From assembly GCA_013140885.1 (NCBI GenBank), contig JABFSC010000032.1:1-34094 (forward strand): a stretch of DNA of 34,094 nt, given 5' to 3'. Origin of the DNA: Deltaproteobacteria bacterium (lineage in GTDB: Bacteria; Desulfobacterota; Binatia; Bin18). Numbering within the stretch: position 1 is the stretch's first letter; the number at the start of each line of letters is the position of its first letter. Shown here piece after piece: positions 1 to 6,988 of the stretch. The translations under genes were made by a program, and so were the position numbers. The notes beneath the pieces are model-generated. The model worked only from the letters and a program-made list of their open reading frames with translations, did not search any database and was not told the origin of the DNA.

Positions 1-439
1 GCTTCCAGCTAATGCGTAGCCGGGCCAGGGCCAAACTCACACTTGGTCGCGAGACCTTGATGCCGTGCTCCGTCTCCAGGTAATGGCGCAAGAGCGGCGC
101 CGTCCACACGGTCGCCCGATACCCCACCTCCCGCGGGTCTTGGTCAATGAGCTGATCAATCAGGGGATCAATAATCTCCCGGGCGGTCCGGGGTCGACCG
201 CTCCGCAGACCATCCTCGAGCCGCCGGGCGATCTCCAGTCCTCGGCGCTCCTCAAACCGCGCACTCCAATTGAAAATCGTGCGCCGACTCACCCCCAGCC
301 GCTCGGCCACTTCGCGGGTACTTTCCCCTTCCTCGCGCCACAGCAAGGCTTGCGCGCGGCGCAGGGCTTTCCCATCAGCCGTGTGGGCTGCTACCTCTTC
401 CACGATCCTCCTCGCTCTCTTGGTGAGACTCCCTCTCAT
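1..439 (-). CDS. IS630-family transposase, N-terminal part (partial; ORF runs off the left edge of the window)
   Basis: Absent from the ORF track because it has no stop in the window. Minus-strand translation from ATG (complement of 437-439) stays open for 146 codons down to position 2: MRGSLTKRARRIVEEVAAHTADGKALRRAQALLWREEGESTREVAERLGVSRRTIFNWSARFEERRGLEIARRLEDGLRSGRPRTAREIIDPLIDQLIDQDPREVGYRATVWTAPLLRHYLETEHGIKVSRPSVSLALARLRISWK. It has two consecutive HTH modules (GESTREVAERLGVSRRTIFNW and WTAPLL..HGIKVSRPSVSLALARL), typical of IS630/Tc1-mariner-like bacterial transposase N-termini. AAGGAG (complement of 448-453) lies 8 nt upstream of the ATG. Confidence 0.75.
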   Translation of the reverse strand, partial: MRGSLTKRARRIVEEVAAHTADGKALRRAQALLWREEGESTREVAERLGVSRRTIFNWSARFEERRGLEIARRLEDGLRSGRPRTAREIIDPLIDQLIDQDPREVGYRATVWTAPLLRHYLETEHGIKVSRPSVSLALARLRISWK

Positions 440-495
440 GTTCACTGCTCCTTACCTCCTGGGTTGATGCCTTATGATACCTATGAAAGAATTTT
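1..495 (-). mobile_element. Partial IS630-like insertion sequence (one end only; exact terminus not determinable)
   Basis: Contains the transposase 5' end. The IS terminus must lie between the transposase ATG (439) and the stop of the neighbouring small ORF (496). The other end and the DDE domain are outside the window, so no terminal inverted repeat or TA duplication can be verified. Confidence 0.45.
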
Positions 496-732
496 TTAGA
501 AGCTACTTAATTCATAGTTGACCCGTTCCGCCAGCCATCGCTTCGCGAGTTCTTCCGCGCTTCCTACGCCGTGAAAAACTGCAAGCGTGTGAAGACGTTC
601 GGCGAGGGTGGGTGTCAGTCGGATAGCCTTGGGGCGGACGAGGCCAGTAAAACCCTCAACCGGTGCCCATTGTTCTGGTCGATTGGTCTCAGCACGAAGG
701 CGTGCGATGGTGGTCTTCGTCAATTTGCGCAT
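496..732 (-). CDS. Small BrnA-like / ribbon-helix-helix antitoxin-like protein (orphan)
   Basis: 78-aa ORF with GGAG 7 nt upstream of the ATG (complement of 730-732). The C-terminal half AIRLTPTLAERLHTLAVFHGVGSAEELAKRWLAERV follows the BrnA-type pattern I recall (I-x-LRLP..LLE.IK..A...G.PYQ.LIK.WLAEKV). No toxin-like ORF lies on either side. Confidence 0.45.
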   Translation of the reverse strand: MRKLTKTTIARLRAETNRPEQWAPVEGFTGLVRPKAIRLTPTLAERLHTLAVFHGVGSAEELAKRWLAERVNYELSSF

Positions 733-744
733 ACCATTACTCCA

Positions 745-775
745 GAGGCCATGCGGTAATCACTCGTATGGCCTC
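745..775 (-). terminator. Hairpin downstream of the VWA gene (possible terminator, no U-tract)
   Basis: Perfect 8-bp stem gaggccat (745-752) / atggcctc (768-775) with a 15-nt loop. It sits in the 50-nt gap between the VWA stop (783) and the next minus-strand start (732). Confidence 0.3.
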
Positions 776-782
776 CACCAGC

Positions 783-2411
783 CTATAGCTTGACGAAGAG
801 GTCCTTCACCCCGTCACTCGTCAGCCGCGACACCGTGGTGATCTTGTCGCTAAACTCCTTGAGCGGCCCCAGCGAATTGGAGCCGACATCAATCAGGATG
901 GAAAACAACGAGAAGCCCATCGCCTCCTTGTCCGCCCGGAAATTGTTCGCCCACTCTGGACTCACCTGACATTCCCCGTCGGTGATAAAGACAATGTCCC
1001 CACGCTTGAACCGGGCCTGGCGTAAACAATCGAGTGCCGCATTGAGCGGCATCTCGAAGTCCGTACCTCCACCGGGGAAGTATTCCGCTAGTTTCATCAC
1101 CGTGCCCATGTCCACGCCGTACCGTTCGCGCGGATTTAAGTCGAAGGTCTGGAGCGGTGTCTCGGCGGACGAAAAACAGAGGACCCGAAACATGCGTCGC
1201 TGCCGCCGGGCGATCTCAAGTAAGGTCAGCGTCAGCGCTTTCGCCCAGATTTCCTTGTCTCCCATCATCGACGAGCTGCCATCCAAACAGACAACCACCG
1301 GACCCTTGCCTTTTTCCTCAATGCCTCGGAGTGAGTAGAGCAACAGCTCATTGTCGACAAACCGCCGGGCGAAATCTTTCCGCAACACTGGGTGATTGAG
1401 CGTCAACAGTTCATGGGGCAGCAAGCGGCTCACTTCACTGCCCATGCCCACCTCGAACATTTCCTCATTGGTGCGCTCGAAAATTTTGCGCCGCAGGGCT
1501 AGCGCGTGATCCTTCATGCGACCCACCATCTGCGCCAGTTTCTTGAGCTTCTCATTACCGGCGAGATGTTTGCCGAGTTCGATTTGCCGACCGGGAGCGG
1601 ATTTGCTGTCTCCACCCCCAAGCGCGCGACTCCAGGACTCCGCCTCTTGCGCGGCCTCGTCGAGGTTACGGGCCACCTTGAGCGCTTCGCCGCGAAAGCG
1701 TGTCTCGGCTTCTTGCTGGACCCGCGCCAGGTCGTCGCGCAGTTGCTTGGCTTGTTGTCGTAAGCGGGTCTCTTCCGCGCGCGCTTCACTGGCGAGTTTA
1801 TTCGCGGCTTGCTCCAAGAGGGCTTTCGTCTCCTTTGATAAGTCACTCCGTGACGAGTCACCCTGGTCAGCGAGTTCCTTGGCGATGTCCTTGGCGTTGT
1901 TCGCCTCGCTGATTTTCTCTTGGACGGTCTCTTCCTGCTTTTGCAGGTTCCACAGGTCGAGGAGATCACGCCGAGTGAGGGGTTTTTCCGCCTTGAGCAA
2001 GGAGAGCGCGCCCTCACCGAGTAGGACGGTTGCAAGCCCGGCCTTGCCCTCATCAAGGACCGTTGCCTCACGGAGGAGTTGCGCGAGGTCTCCCTGGTGC
2101 AGCCCAGCCAGCAAGACGCGGTTAAGCGCCGCGCTGGGAAGCACCATCTCTTCCGGGAAGAAGACGACGTTGTGCTTGAAGACAGCACAGAACAAGTCGA
2201 GCAGGAGGGAGTCGAAGCGGGGCACCAGCGCGCCGCCACTTTCTTCTATCTCACGCAGGGACGGAGAGTCTTCCCGGAGTTTCGCATACGCCGCCCGATC
2301 GTAGGCATCGCTCTCGATCCAGCAGGTCCGTTCTGGGATCGGCGCCGGAGGGGGGAGGATAAAGCGAGACTTCTTCTTCGCTGGTACGCGTTTGGGCATG
2401 GGAGTCCCCAT
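783..2411 (-). CDS. von Willebrand factor A (VWA) domain protein, ViaA/CoxE-like partner of a MoxR-class ATPase
   Basis: The track ORF is 783..2531, but its first 40 codons overlap the upstream gene. The ATG at complement 2409-2411 (MGTPMPKRVPAKKK...) lies 14 nt after that gene's stop. The C-terminal ~190 aa form a VWA fold with MIDAS DGSSSM, GGGTDF and FITDGE. The middle is a Glu/Lys/Ala/Arg-rich predicted coiled coil. Confidence 0.85.
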   Translation of the reverse strand: MGTPMPKRVPAKKKSRFILPPPAPIPERTCWIESDAYDRAAYAKLREDSPSLREIEESGGALVPRFDSLLLDLFCAVFKHNVVFFPEEMVLPSAALNRVLLAGLHQGDLAQLLREATVLDEGKAGLATVLLGEGALSLLKAEKPLTRRDLLDLWNLQKQEETVQEKISEANNAKDIAKELADQGDSSRSDLSKETKALLEQAANKLASEARAEETRLRQQAKQLRDDLARVQQEAETRFRGEALKVARNLDEAAQEAESWSRALGGGDSKSAPGRQIELGKHLAGNEKLKKLAQMVGRMKDHALALRRKIFERTNEEMFEVGMGSEVSRLLPHELLTLNHPVLRKDFARRFVDNELLLYSLRGIEEKGKGPVVVCLDGSSSMMGDKEIWAKALTLTLLEIARRQRRMFRVLCFSSAETPLQTFDLNPRERYGVDMGTVMKLAEYFPGGGTDFEMPLNAALDCLRQARFKRGDIVFITDGECQVSPEWANNFRADKEAMGFSLFSILIDVGSNSLGPLKEFSDKITTVSRLTSDGVKDLFVKL

Positions 2412-2424
2412 TGTCACACGATGC

Positions 2425-3528
2425 TCAGGCGTGAGCAGCGGCGATCTGCCACTCTCCACTCCGGCGCAACCGCACCTCTTCCGGATCGAAATGTTCGGGT
2501 AAGGCGTGGGCGCATCGCGCCGCATGCTCAAATGCTTGTTGGTCCTCGAGCCCCAGGGAATTCAACACGGGCTTATGGACCTTCTCTTCGTGAATTTTCT
2601 CGCTGTAGAGATTGGTGCGTTTCACGGACCGCAGATAGGTGCGCACCTTGGGAATGAAGCGTAACGCGGGCATCGAGAACCCAGCGAAGACTTGCGTCAG
2701 CGTATCGCACGTCAGTGACGGAAAATACTTGAGCGCGCTACGCACGATATGCAGAAAAAGACTGTGGTGGGCCAGTTCATCCTGGGTGACAAGCCGACAG
2801 GCTTCCGACGCGCCAATCTCGTAGCCCCGCTGCCGTTCTTCAGGCGTCGGCGCGGGCGGCAACCCATATTCCGCGCGCACGCGCGCGCGAACTTCCTGAT
2901 AATGATAGAAAGTCGCACGCTCCTGGATCATCGCGTAGATGGTCGTGGCCAGCGGGCTCTCGACCCCAGCATGTTGCTGCGGCTGCCAACGCGAGTCACG
3001 AATCTTGTCCAAATACTCGGTCAATTGCGTCTCCGTGCGGGCGTTGGAATGCTTGAGGAGTAGTTCCCACGCCACGCCGTGCCGCGCCTCCTCCGCTCCC
3101 CACTGGAGATGCAGGTTGCGTCGCGTACGGCTCTCACGAAAAGCGACGAGCCCTTCTTGCACATAGTCACTCACGAACTCCTCGACCCCCATGAACCCCT
3201 CAATGAGGTTGGCGGTGTCCTCACTGAGCAGATGGCCACGCGCGCGCATCTCCTCCACGGGCAAATCATGCCACGGCGACCAATTGCGTTGTTTCACCGC
3301 GCGTGTGAAATAGGCGAGGTAGTGTTCGTGGACGGCCTGGTCAAACGCGAGTTGCCGGGCCTCTGAAGTCCACGGGCCAGTCATAATGGTGACCGCTGGA
3401 GGAGTGGGGGAAACGGCGGAAGGGAGAGTTGATTTCATAGTATCCGTTCTGGAGCCCGAGGCTCCGGTAGGGGGACGGTCAATTTCATTCTGATGTATCA
3501 AGTAGGCTCCGAGTTCCCGGATGGGCAA
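2425..3528 (-). CDS. Acyl-ACP desaturase-like soluble diiron-carboxylate protein (ferritin-like fold)
   Basis: All ligand motifs of soluble acyl-ACP desaturases can be read: IEGFMGVEE, WGAEEARHG (ExxH), MIQERATFYHYQ (compare plant SFQERATFISH) and TQDELAHH (ExxH). Start is ambiguous. M1 at 3528 has AAGG 4 nt upstream. Alternatives are M31 (3438) and M49 (3384). Confidence 0.85.
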   Translation of the reverse strand: MPIRELGAYLIHQNEIDRPPTGASGSRTDTMKSTLPSAVSPTPPAVTIMTGPWTSEARQLAFDQAVHEHYLAYFTRAVKQRNWSPWHDLPVEEMRARGHLLSEDTANLIEGFMGVEEFVSDYVQEGLVAFRESRTRRNLHLQWGAEEARHGVAWELLLKHSNARTETQLTEYLDKIRDSRWQPQQHAGVESPLATTIYAMIQERATFYHYQEVRARVRAEYGLPPAPTPEERQRGYEIGASEACRLVTQDELAHHSLFLHIVRSALKYFPSLTCDTLTQVFAGFSMPALRFIPKVRTYLRSVKRTNLYSEKIHEEKVHKPVLNSLGLEDQQAFEHAARCAHALPEHFDPEEVRLRRSGEWQIAAAHA

Positions 3529-3553
3529 TTGCCTTAAGTTAGCGAGTTTCGAG

Positions 3554-3606
3554 TTTCAGGTTCCGAGTTCCCTCTCCCTGCTGGGAGAGGGTTAGGGTGA
3601 GGGGAA
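3554..3606. repeat. Repeat family A copy 1: REP-like hairpin element
   Basis: tttcaggttcc..ccctctccc tgct gggagaggg ttagggtgagggg. Perfect 9-bp stem (3570-3578 / 3583-3591) with a 4-nt loop. A second copy at 23308-23353 has the same stem and flanks. It lies in the gap between the ATPase stop and the diiron gene start. Confidence 0.85.
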
Positions 3607-3646
3607 TCAAGTGATCTTTTCCTTATTATGAGCCCACGTCGTGATC

Positions 3647-4765
3647 TCAGAACTTCGTCAACAACTGTTGTTGGATGCTCTGGACTTCCTGGCGGATGGT
3701 TTCGACTTTTCCTAATGGTCGGCCGAGGTCTTCCACCTTCTGACTGATGTCCTCAATTTTCTTCAAGATATGGCGAATCTTGGTGTGCGCTTCGATCACC
3801 GCGCGGGCCTGCTGTTCCTTGCTGTTCCATTGGCGTTCGGCATAGTCCCGCAGCTCACGAGTCTGGAACAGCAGCTCCTGCACTTCGTCTTCATAGCCAT
3901 GGATAAGCCCATGAATGACAGTGCGCACCTCACCCTGCTCGCCGGGGTCTCTCCACAGAATATGTTCAAGGAAAAAGAGGTCCGACTCGCGCACCGTGGC
4001 TCTACCGTGCAGATAGGCCAACGCCTTGAGCACGCTGAGACTCTGACGATAGCGGCGATCCGACGCGACGATATTTTTCTTTTGTAACTCGCGTCGGATA
4101 TTGCCAATTTCATTGAGAATCGGGTCTGGCAGGGCCACCGCTCGCACCTCGGCCTGCATCTGCTGCAATTCGGCGAGCGTCATGGTGGTACGCTCGCTGG
4201 GCTCCGTGGCCAGCAGCATTTTGAGGAAGCGAAATTCCTCGTTGATATAACCCACGACAAAGCGCAGCAGAAACCGATCATACAACGCTAGCAGTTCATC
4301 ATCCTCAGGCAGTTCATTACTAGCGCCGAACAGGGTCAGCAGCGGGACCCCGGTGACTTGGCGGCCATTATGAAACAGCCGTTCGTTGATGATGGTGAGA
4401 ATGGCATTGAGGATCGACGAACTCGCCTTAAAGACTTCATCGAGAAACGCGATGTGCGCCTCTGGCAGTTTGTGGGCGGTGACGCGACGATAGTCGTCGG
4501 CTTCGAGCGCCTTGAGACTGACGGCGCCAAACAACTCTTCGGGTGTGGTGAACTTGGTCAACAGCCATTGGAAGTAGGTGGCGCCAGTGATGCGGCGACA
4601 GAGTTCATCCGCGAGCATGGATTTCGCGGTGCCCGGTGGGCCAACGATCAATAGGTGTTGCGCGGCCAGAAGCGCGGCAAGGGCACCATCAATCAACTCG
4701 GTGCGTTCGAGGAACATCTGTTGAAGTTCCTCGCGAATAGCGCGCAATTTCTCTTGAGGGGTCAT
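3647..4765 (-). CDS. MoxR-class AAA+ ATPase, RavA-like
   Basis: Walker A LIVGPPGTAKS, Walker B AHIAFLDEVFKASSSILNAILTIINERLFHNG (very RavA-like), sensor-1 FGASNELP, and LALYDRFLLRF. The track ORF extends to 4927, but that extension reads through an intergenic repeat (SFFAHSPIHPLAHSSF). The likely start is MTPQEKLRAIREEL at complement 4763-4765. Confidence 0.9.
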   Translation of the reverse strand: MTPQEKLRAIREELQQMFLERTELIDGALAALLAAQHLLIVGPPGTAKSMLADELCRRITGATYFQWLLTKFTTPEELFGAVSLKALEADDYRRVTAHKLPEAHIAFLDEVFKASSSILNAILTIINERLFHNGRQVTGVPLLTLFGASNELPEDDELLALYDRFLLRFVVGYINEEFRFLKMLLATEPSERTTMTLAELQQMQAEVRAVALPDPILNEIGNIRRELQKKNIVASDRRYRQSLSVLKALAYLHGRATVRESDLFFLEHILWRDPGEQGEVRTVIHGLIHGYEDEVQELLFQTRELRDYAERQWNSKEQQARAVIEAHTKIRHILKKIEDISQKVEDLGRPLGKVETIRQEVQSIQQQLLTKF

Positions 4766-4818
4766 GTGGGTCAGGCTTAGCAGATCGTAAGGCGACGGGG
4801 AACCCTGAAAAGAGGAAT

Positions 4819-4895
4819 GGGCGAGCGGGTGAATGGGCGAATGAGCGAAGAATGAAAAACGTTCTGGCTCCGATTCCCCGATTCGTTCTTTCCCC
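4819..4895. repeat. Repeat family C copy 1 (upstream of ELWxxDGT gene)
   Basis: The core ttctggctccgattccccgattcgttctttcccc (4862-4895) matches 6885-6917, with the first 15 nt identical and the rest similar. It is preceded by gggcgagcgggtgaatgggcgaatgagcgaagaatg, which is partly complementary to the core (imperfect palindrome). Confidence 0.7.
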
Positions 4896-4992
4896 TTCAC
4901 TTGCATGACCGGCAAGAGCATTGTCACTATCGTGGTCCATCTATTCCTGCTACGAGCGCTATTATCTGTTCGCTGCTCTTAGGAGGATGCCG

Positions 4993-6825
4993 ATGCTACT
5001 TTCCCAGTATCGCAGGTTCATCACCCTCTCACTCTTCTTCTTTACCGTTTGGATACCACCAGTCAGAGCGCAGCTCACGCTGGTCAAAGACATTAACCTC
5101 CTTCCTCCGAGCTCCGCTCCTAACGAGCTCGTAGCCATTGGGAACATTGTCTACTTTGTAGCGGAGACTATCGACACCGGTGCGGAGCTCTGGCGGAGTG
5201 ATGGGACGGCGGCGGGCACGGTCCTGGTCAAGGATATCCGGCCTGGCAGCGTCGATTCCCTTCCTCTCAACCTGACCGCCGTCAACGGGGTGCTGTATTT
5301 TACGGCCATTAATAACGCAACCGGCAGGGAGCTCTGGCGCAGTGACGGGACAGCGGTGGGCACGGTCCTGGTTAAGGATATCCGGCCTGGCCGTGGTAGC
5401 TCTACTCCGGTCAACCTGACCGCCGTCAACGGGGTGCTGTATTTTACCGCGAATAATGGGATCACCGGCGTTGAGTTGTGGCGGAGTAACGGGACGGTGG
5501 CGGGCACGGTCTTAGTCAATGACATCCGGCCTGGCCGTGGCAGCTCTACTCCGGTCAACCTGACCGCCGTCAACGGGGTGCTGTATTTTACCGCCATTAA
5601 TAATGCAACCGGCAGAGAGCTCTGGCGCAGTGATGGGACGGCGGTGGGCACGGTCTTACTCAAGGACATCCAACCTGGCAGTGGCAGCTCCAGTCCTGTC
5701 AACCTGACCGCCGTCAACGGGGTGCTGTATTTTAGCGCGAATAATGGGGTCACTGGCGAGGAACTGTGGCGCAGTAACGGGACGGCGGTGGGCACGGTCT
5801 TAGTCAATGACATCCGACCTGGCAGTGGCAGCTCCAGTCCTGTCAACCTGACCGCCGTCAACGGGGTGCTGTATTTTGTCGCGAATAATGGGGTCACCGG
5901 CGCGGAACTGTGGCGCAGTAACGGGACGGCGACGGGCACGGTCTTGGTTAAGGACATCGCGCTTGGCAGCGCTGGCGCTAGTCCTCGTTCCCTGACCAAC
6001 GTCAACGGAGCGCTGTATTTTGTCGCGGATGATGGCGTCACGGGCGCGGAACTGTGGCGGAGTAATGGGACGGCGACGGGCACGGTCCTGGTTAAGGACA
6101 TCCTGCCTGGTAGTGACGGCTCCTTTTCTTTTCTTCCCGACCCCCTCCCTTTCCTGACCGCCGTCAACGGAGTGCTGTATTTTGTCGCGGACAATGGCGT
6201 CACCGGCGCGGAGCTCTGGCGCAGTGACGGGACGGCAGCGGGCACGGTCCTGGTTAAGGACATCCTGCCTGGCAGTGGATGGGCTCTTCCTTTCAATCTG
6301 ACCAACGTCAACGGGGTACTGTATTTTATCGCGGATAATGGCGTCACCGGCTACGAGCTCTGGCGGAGTGATGGGACGGCGGCGGGCACGGTCTTGGTCA
6401 AGGACATTTTGCCTGGCGGTGGGAGCTCTGCTCCTGAATTTCTGACCAACGTCAACGGGGTGCTGTACTTTATCGCGGATAATGGTGTCACGGGCTATGA
6501 GCTGTGGCGCAGTGACGGGACGGCGGCGGGCACGGTCTTGGTCAAAGACATTTGGCCTGGCAGTGGCGGCTCTGCTCCTTTCGAGCTGACCAACGTCAAT
6601 GGGGTGCTGTATTTTAGCGCGTTTGATGACGTCACTGGCACCGAGGTCTGGCGCAGTGACGGGACAGCGGCGGGCACGTTCCTGGTCCAGAACATCAGGC
6701 CTGGTACTGGCGGCTCTATTCCTGCCTTCCTGACCAACGTCAACGGGGTGCTGTATTTTAGCGCGGATGATGGCAGATCCGGGTTCGAGTTATGGCGAAG
6801 TGGGCCGTTCAGGGTTCGGTGGTAA
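4993..6825 (+). CDS. Secreted ELWxxDGT-repeat protein (predicted beta-propeller-like repeat protein)
   Basis: Eleven complete units plus one truncated ~48-aa unit of the form LT.VNGVLYF.A....TG.ELWRSDGTA.GTVLVKDI.PG..S.P, which is the pattern of the TIGRFAMs ELWxxDGT repeat. AGGAGG at 4981-4986 sits 6 nt before the ATG at 4993. The N-terminus MLLSQYRRFITLSLFFFTVWIPPVRAQ looks like a signal peptide. The track ORF (4921) is an upstream extension. Confidence 0.9.
   Translation: MLLSQYRRFITLSLFFFTVWIPPVRAQLTLVKDINLLPPSSAPNELVAIGNIVYFVAETIDTGAELWRSDGTAAGTVLVKDIRPGSVDSLPLNLTAVNGVLYFTAINNATGRELWRSDGTAVGTVLVKDIRPGRGSSTPVNLTAVNGVLYFTANNGITGVELWRSNGTVAGTVLVNDIRPGRGSSTPVNLTAVNGVLYFTAINNATGRELWRSDGTAVGTVLLKDIQPGSGSSSPVNLTAVNGVLYFSANNGVTGEELWRSNGTAVGTVLVNDIRPGSGSSSPVNLTAVNGVLYFVANNGVTGAELWRSNGTATGTVLVKDIALGSAGASPRSLTNVNGALYFVADDGVTGAELWRSNGTATGTVLVKDILPGSDGSFSFLPDPLPFLTAVNGVLYFVADNGVTGAELWRSDGTAAGTVLVKDILPGSGWALPFNLTNVNGVLYFIADNGVTGYELWRSDGTAAGTVLVKDILPGGGSSAPEFLTNVNGVLYFIADNGVTGYELWRSDGTAAGTVLVKDIWPGSGGSAPFELTNVNGVLYFSAFDDVTGTEVWRSDGTAAGTFLVQNIRPGTGGSIPAFLTNVNGVLYFSADDGRSGFELWRSGPFRVRW
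5125..6810 (+). repeat. In-frame tandem coding repeats, period 144 bp (one 162-bp unit)
   Basis: Long near-perfect repeats are present. 5380-5450 matches 5523-5593 with 1 mismatch in ~71 nt. 5674-5733 matches 5818-5877 with 60/60 identity. The gtcaac(c)tgacc(g/a)(c/a)cgtcaacgg(g/a)gtgctgtatttt block recurs throughout. Confidence 0.95.
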
Positions 6826-6884
6826 ACAGAAATCAGGGAATCAGCGAACGGACGATGGAGCGCATGGACGATGGAGGAAAAGCT

Positions 6885-6917
6885 TTCTGGCTCCGATTCG
6901 CCCGCTCGTTCTTCCCC
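6885..6917. repeat. Repeat family C copy 2 (downstream of ELWxxDGT gene)
   Basis: ttctggctccgattcgcccgctcgttcttcccc, in the same orientation as 4862-4895. It starts 59 nt after the ELW gene stop codon. Confidence 0.7.
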
Positions 6918-6988
6918 TGCTCTAGCCTCCCTGCGGCTCGCTGGTCTATAAGGACGACAAAGATAAGTTCTCGCATAAGGAGGGCGTT

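Noticed and set aside
65-499. 144-aa plus-strand ORF at the left edge (and nested 270..467)
   Set aside because: It is the antisense shadow of the minus-strand IS630 transposase N-terminus. The minus-strand translation shows clear HTH motifs and a good RBS, while the plus-strand product is Pro/Arg/Gly-rich with no recognisable features.
496-732. Complete toxin-antitoxin module around the BrnA-like ORF
   Set aside because: There is no room for a toxin gene. Only 50 nt separate it from the VWA gene on one side and 56 nt from the transposase start on the other. Only an orphan antitoxin-like gene can be claimed.
3647-4927. N-terminal extensions proposed by the ORF track: 3647..4927, 783..2531, 4921.., 9820.., 15688.., 18373.., 19154.., 20620.., 21522.., 26981.., 29415.., 29704..
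   Set aside because: The extensions overlap upstream genes or read through intergenic repeats. Internal starts with Shine-Dalgarno sequences, or start/stop overlaps (ATGA, GTGA, TAATG), give products that begin where family homology begins.
5125-6810. Regularly spaced repeats that could be mistaken for a CRISPR array or a DGR variable region
   Set aside because: The period is 144 bp and there is no alternation of repeat and unique spacer. The whole region is one continuous open frame encoding ELWxxDGT protein repeats. There are no cas genes, and nowhere in the window is there a reverse transcriptase or a template repeat with adenine-specific differences.
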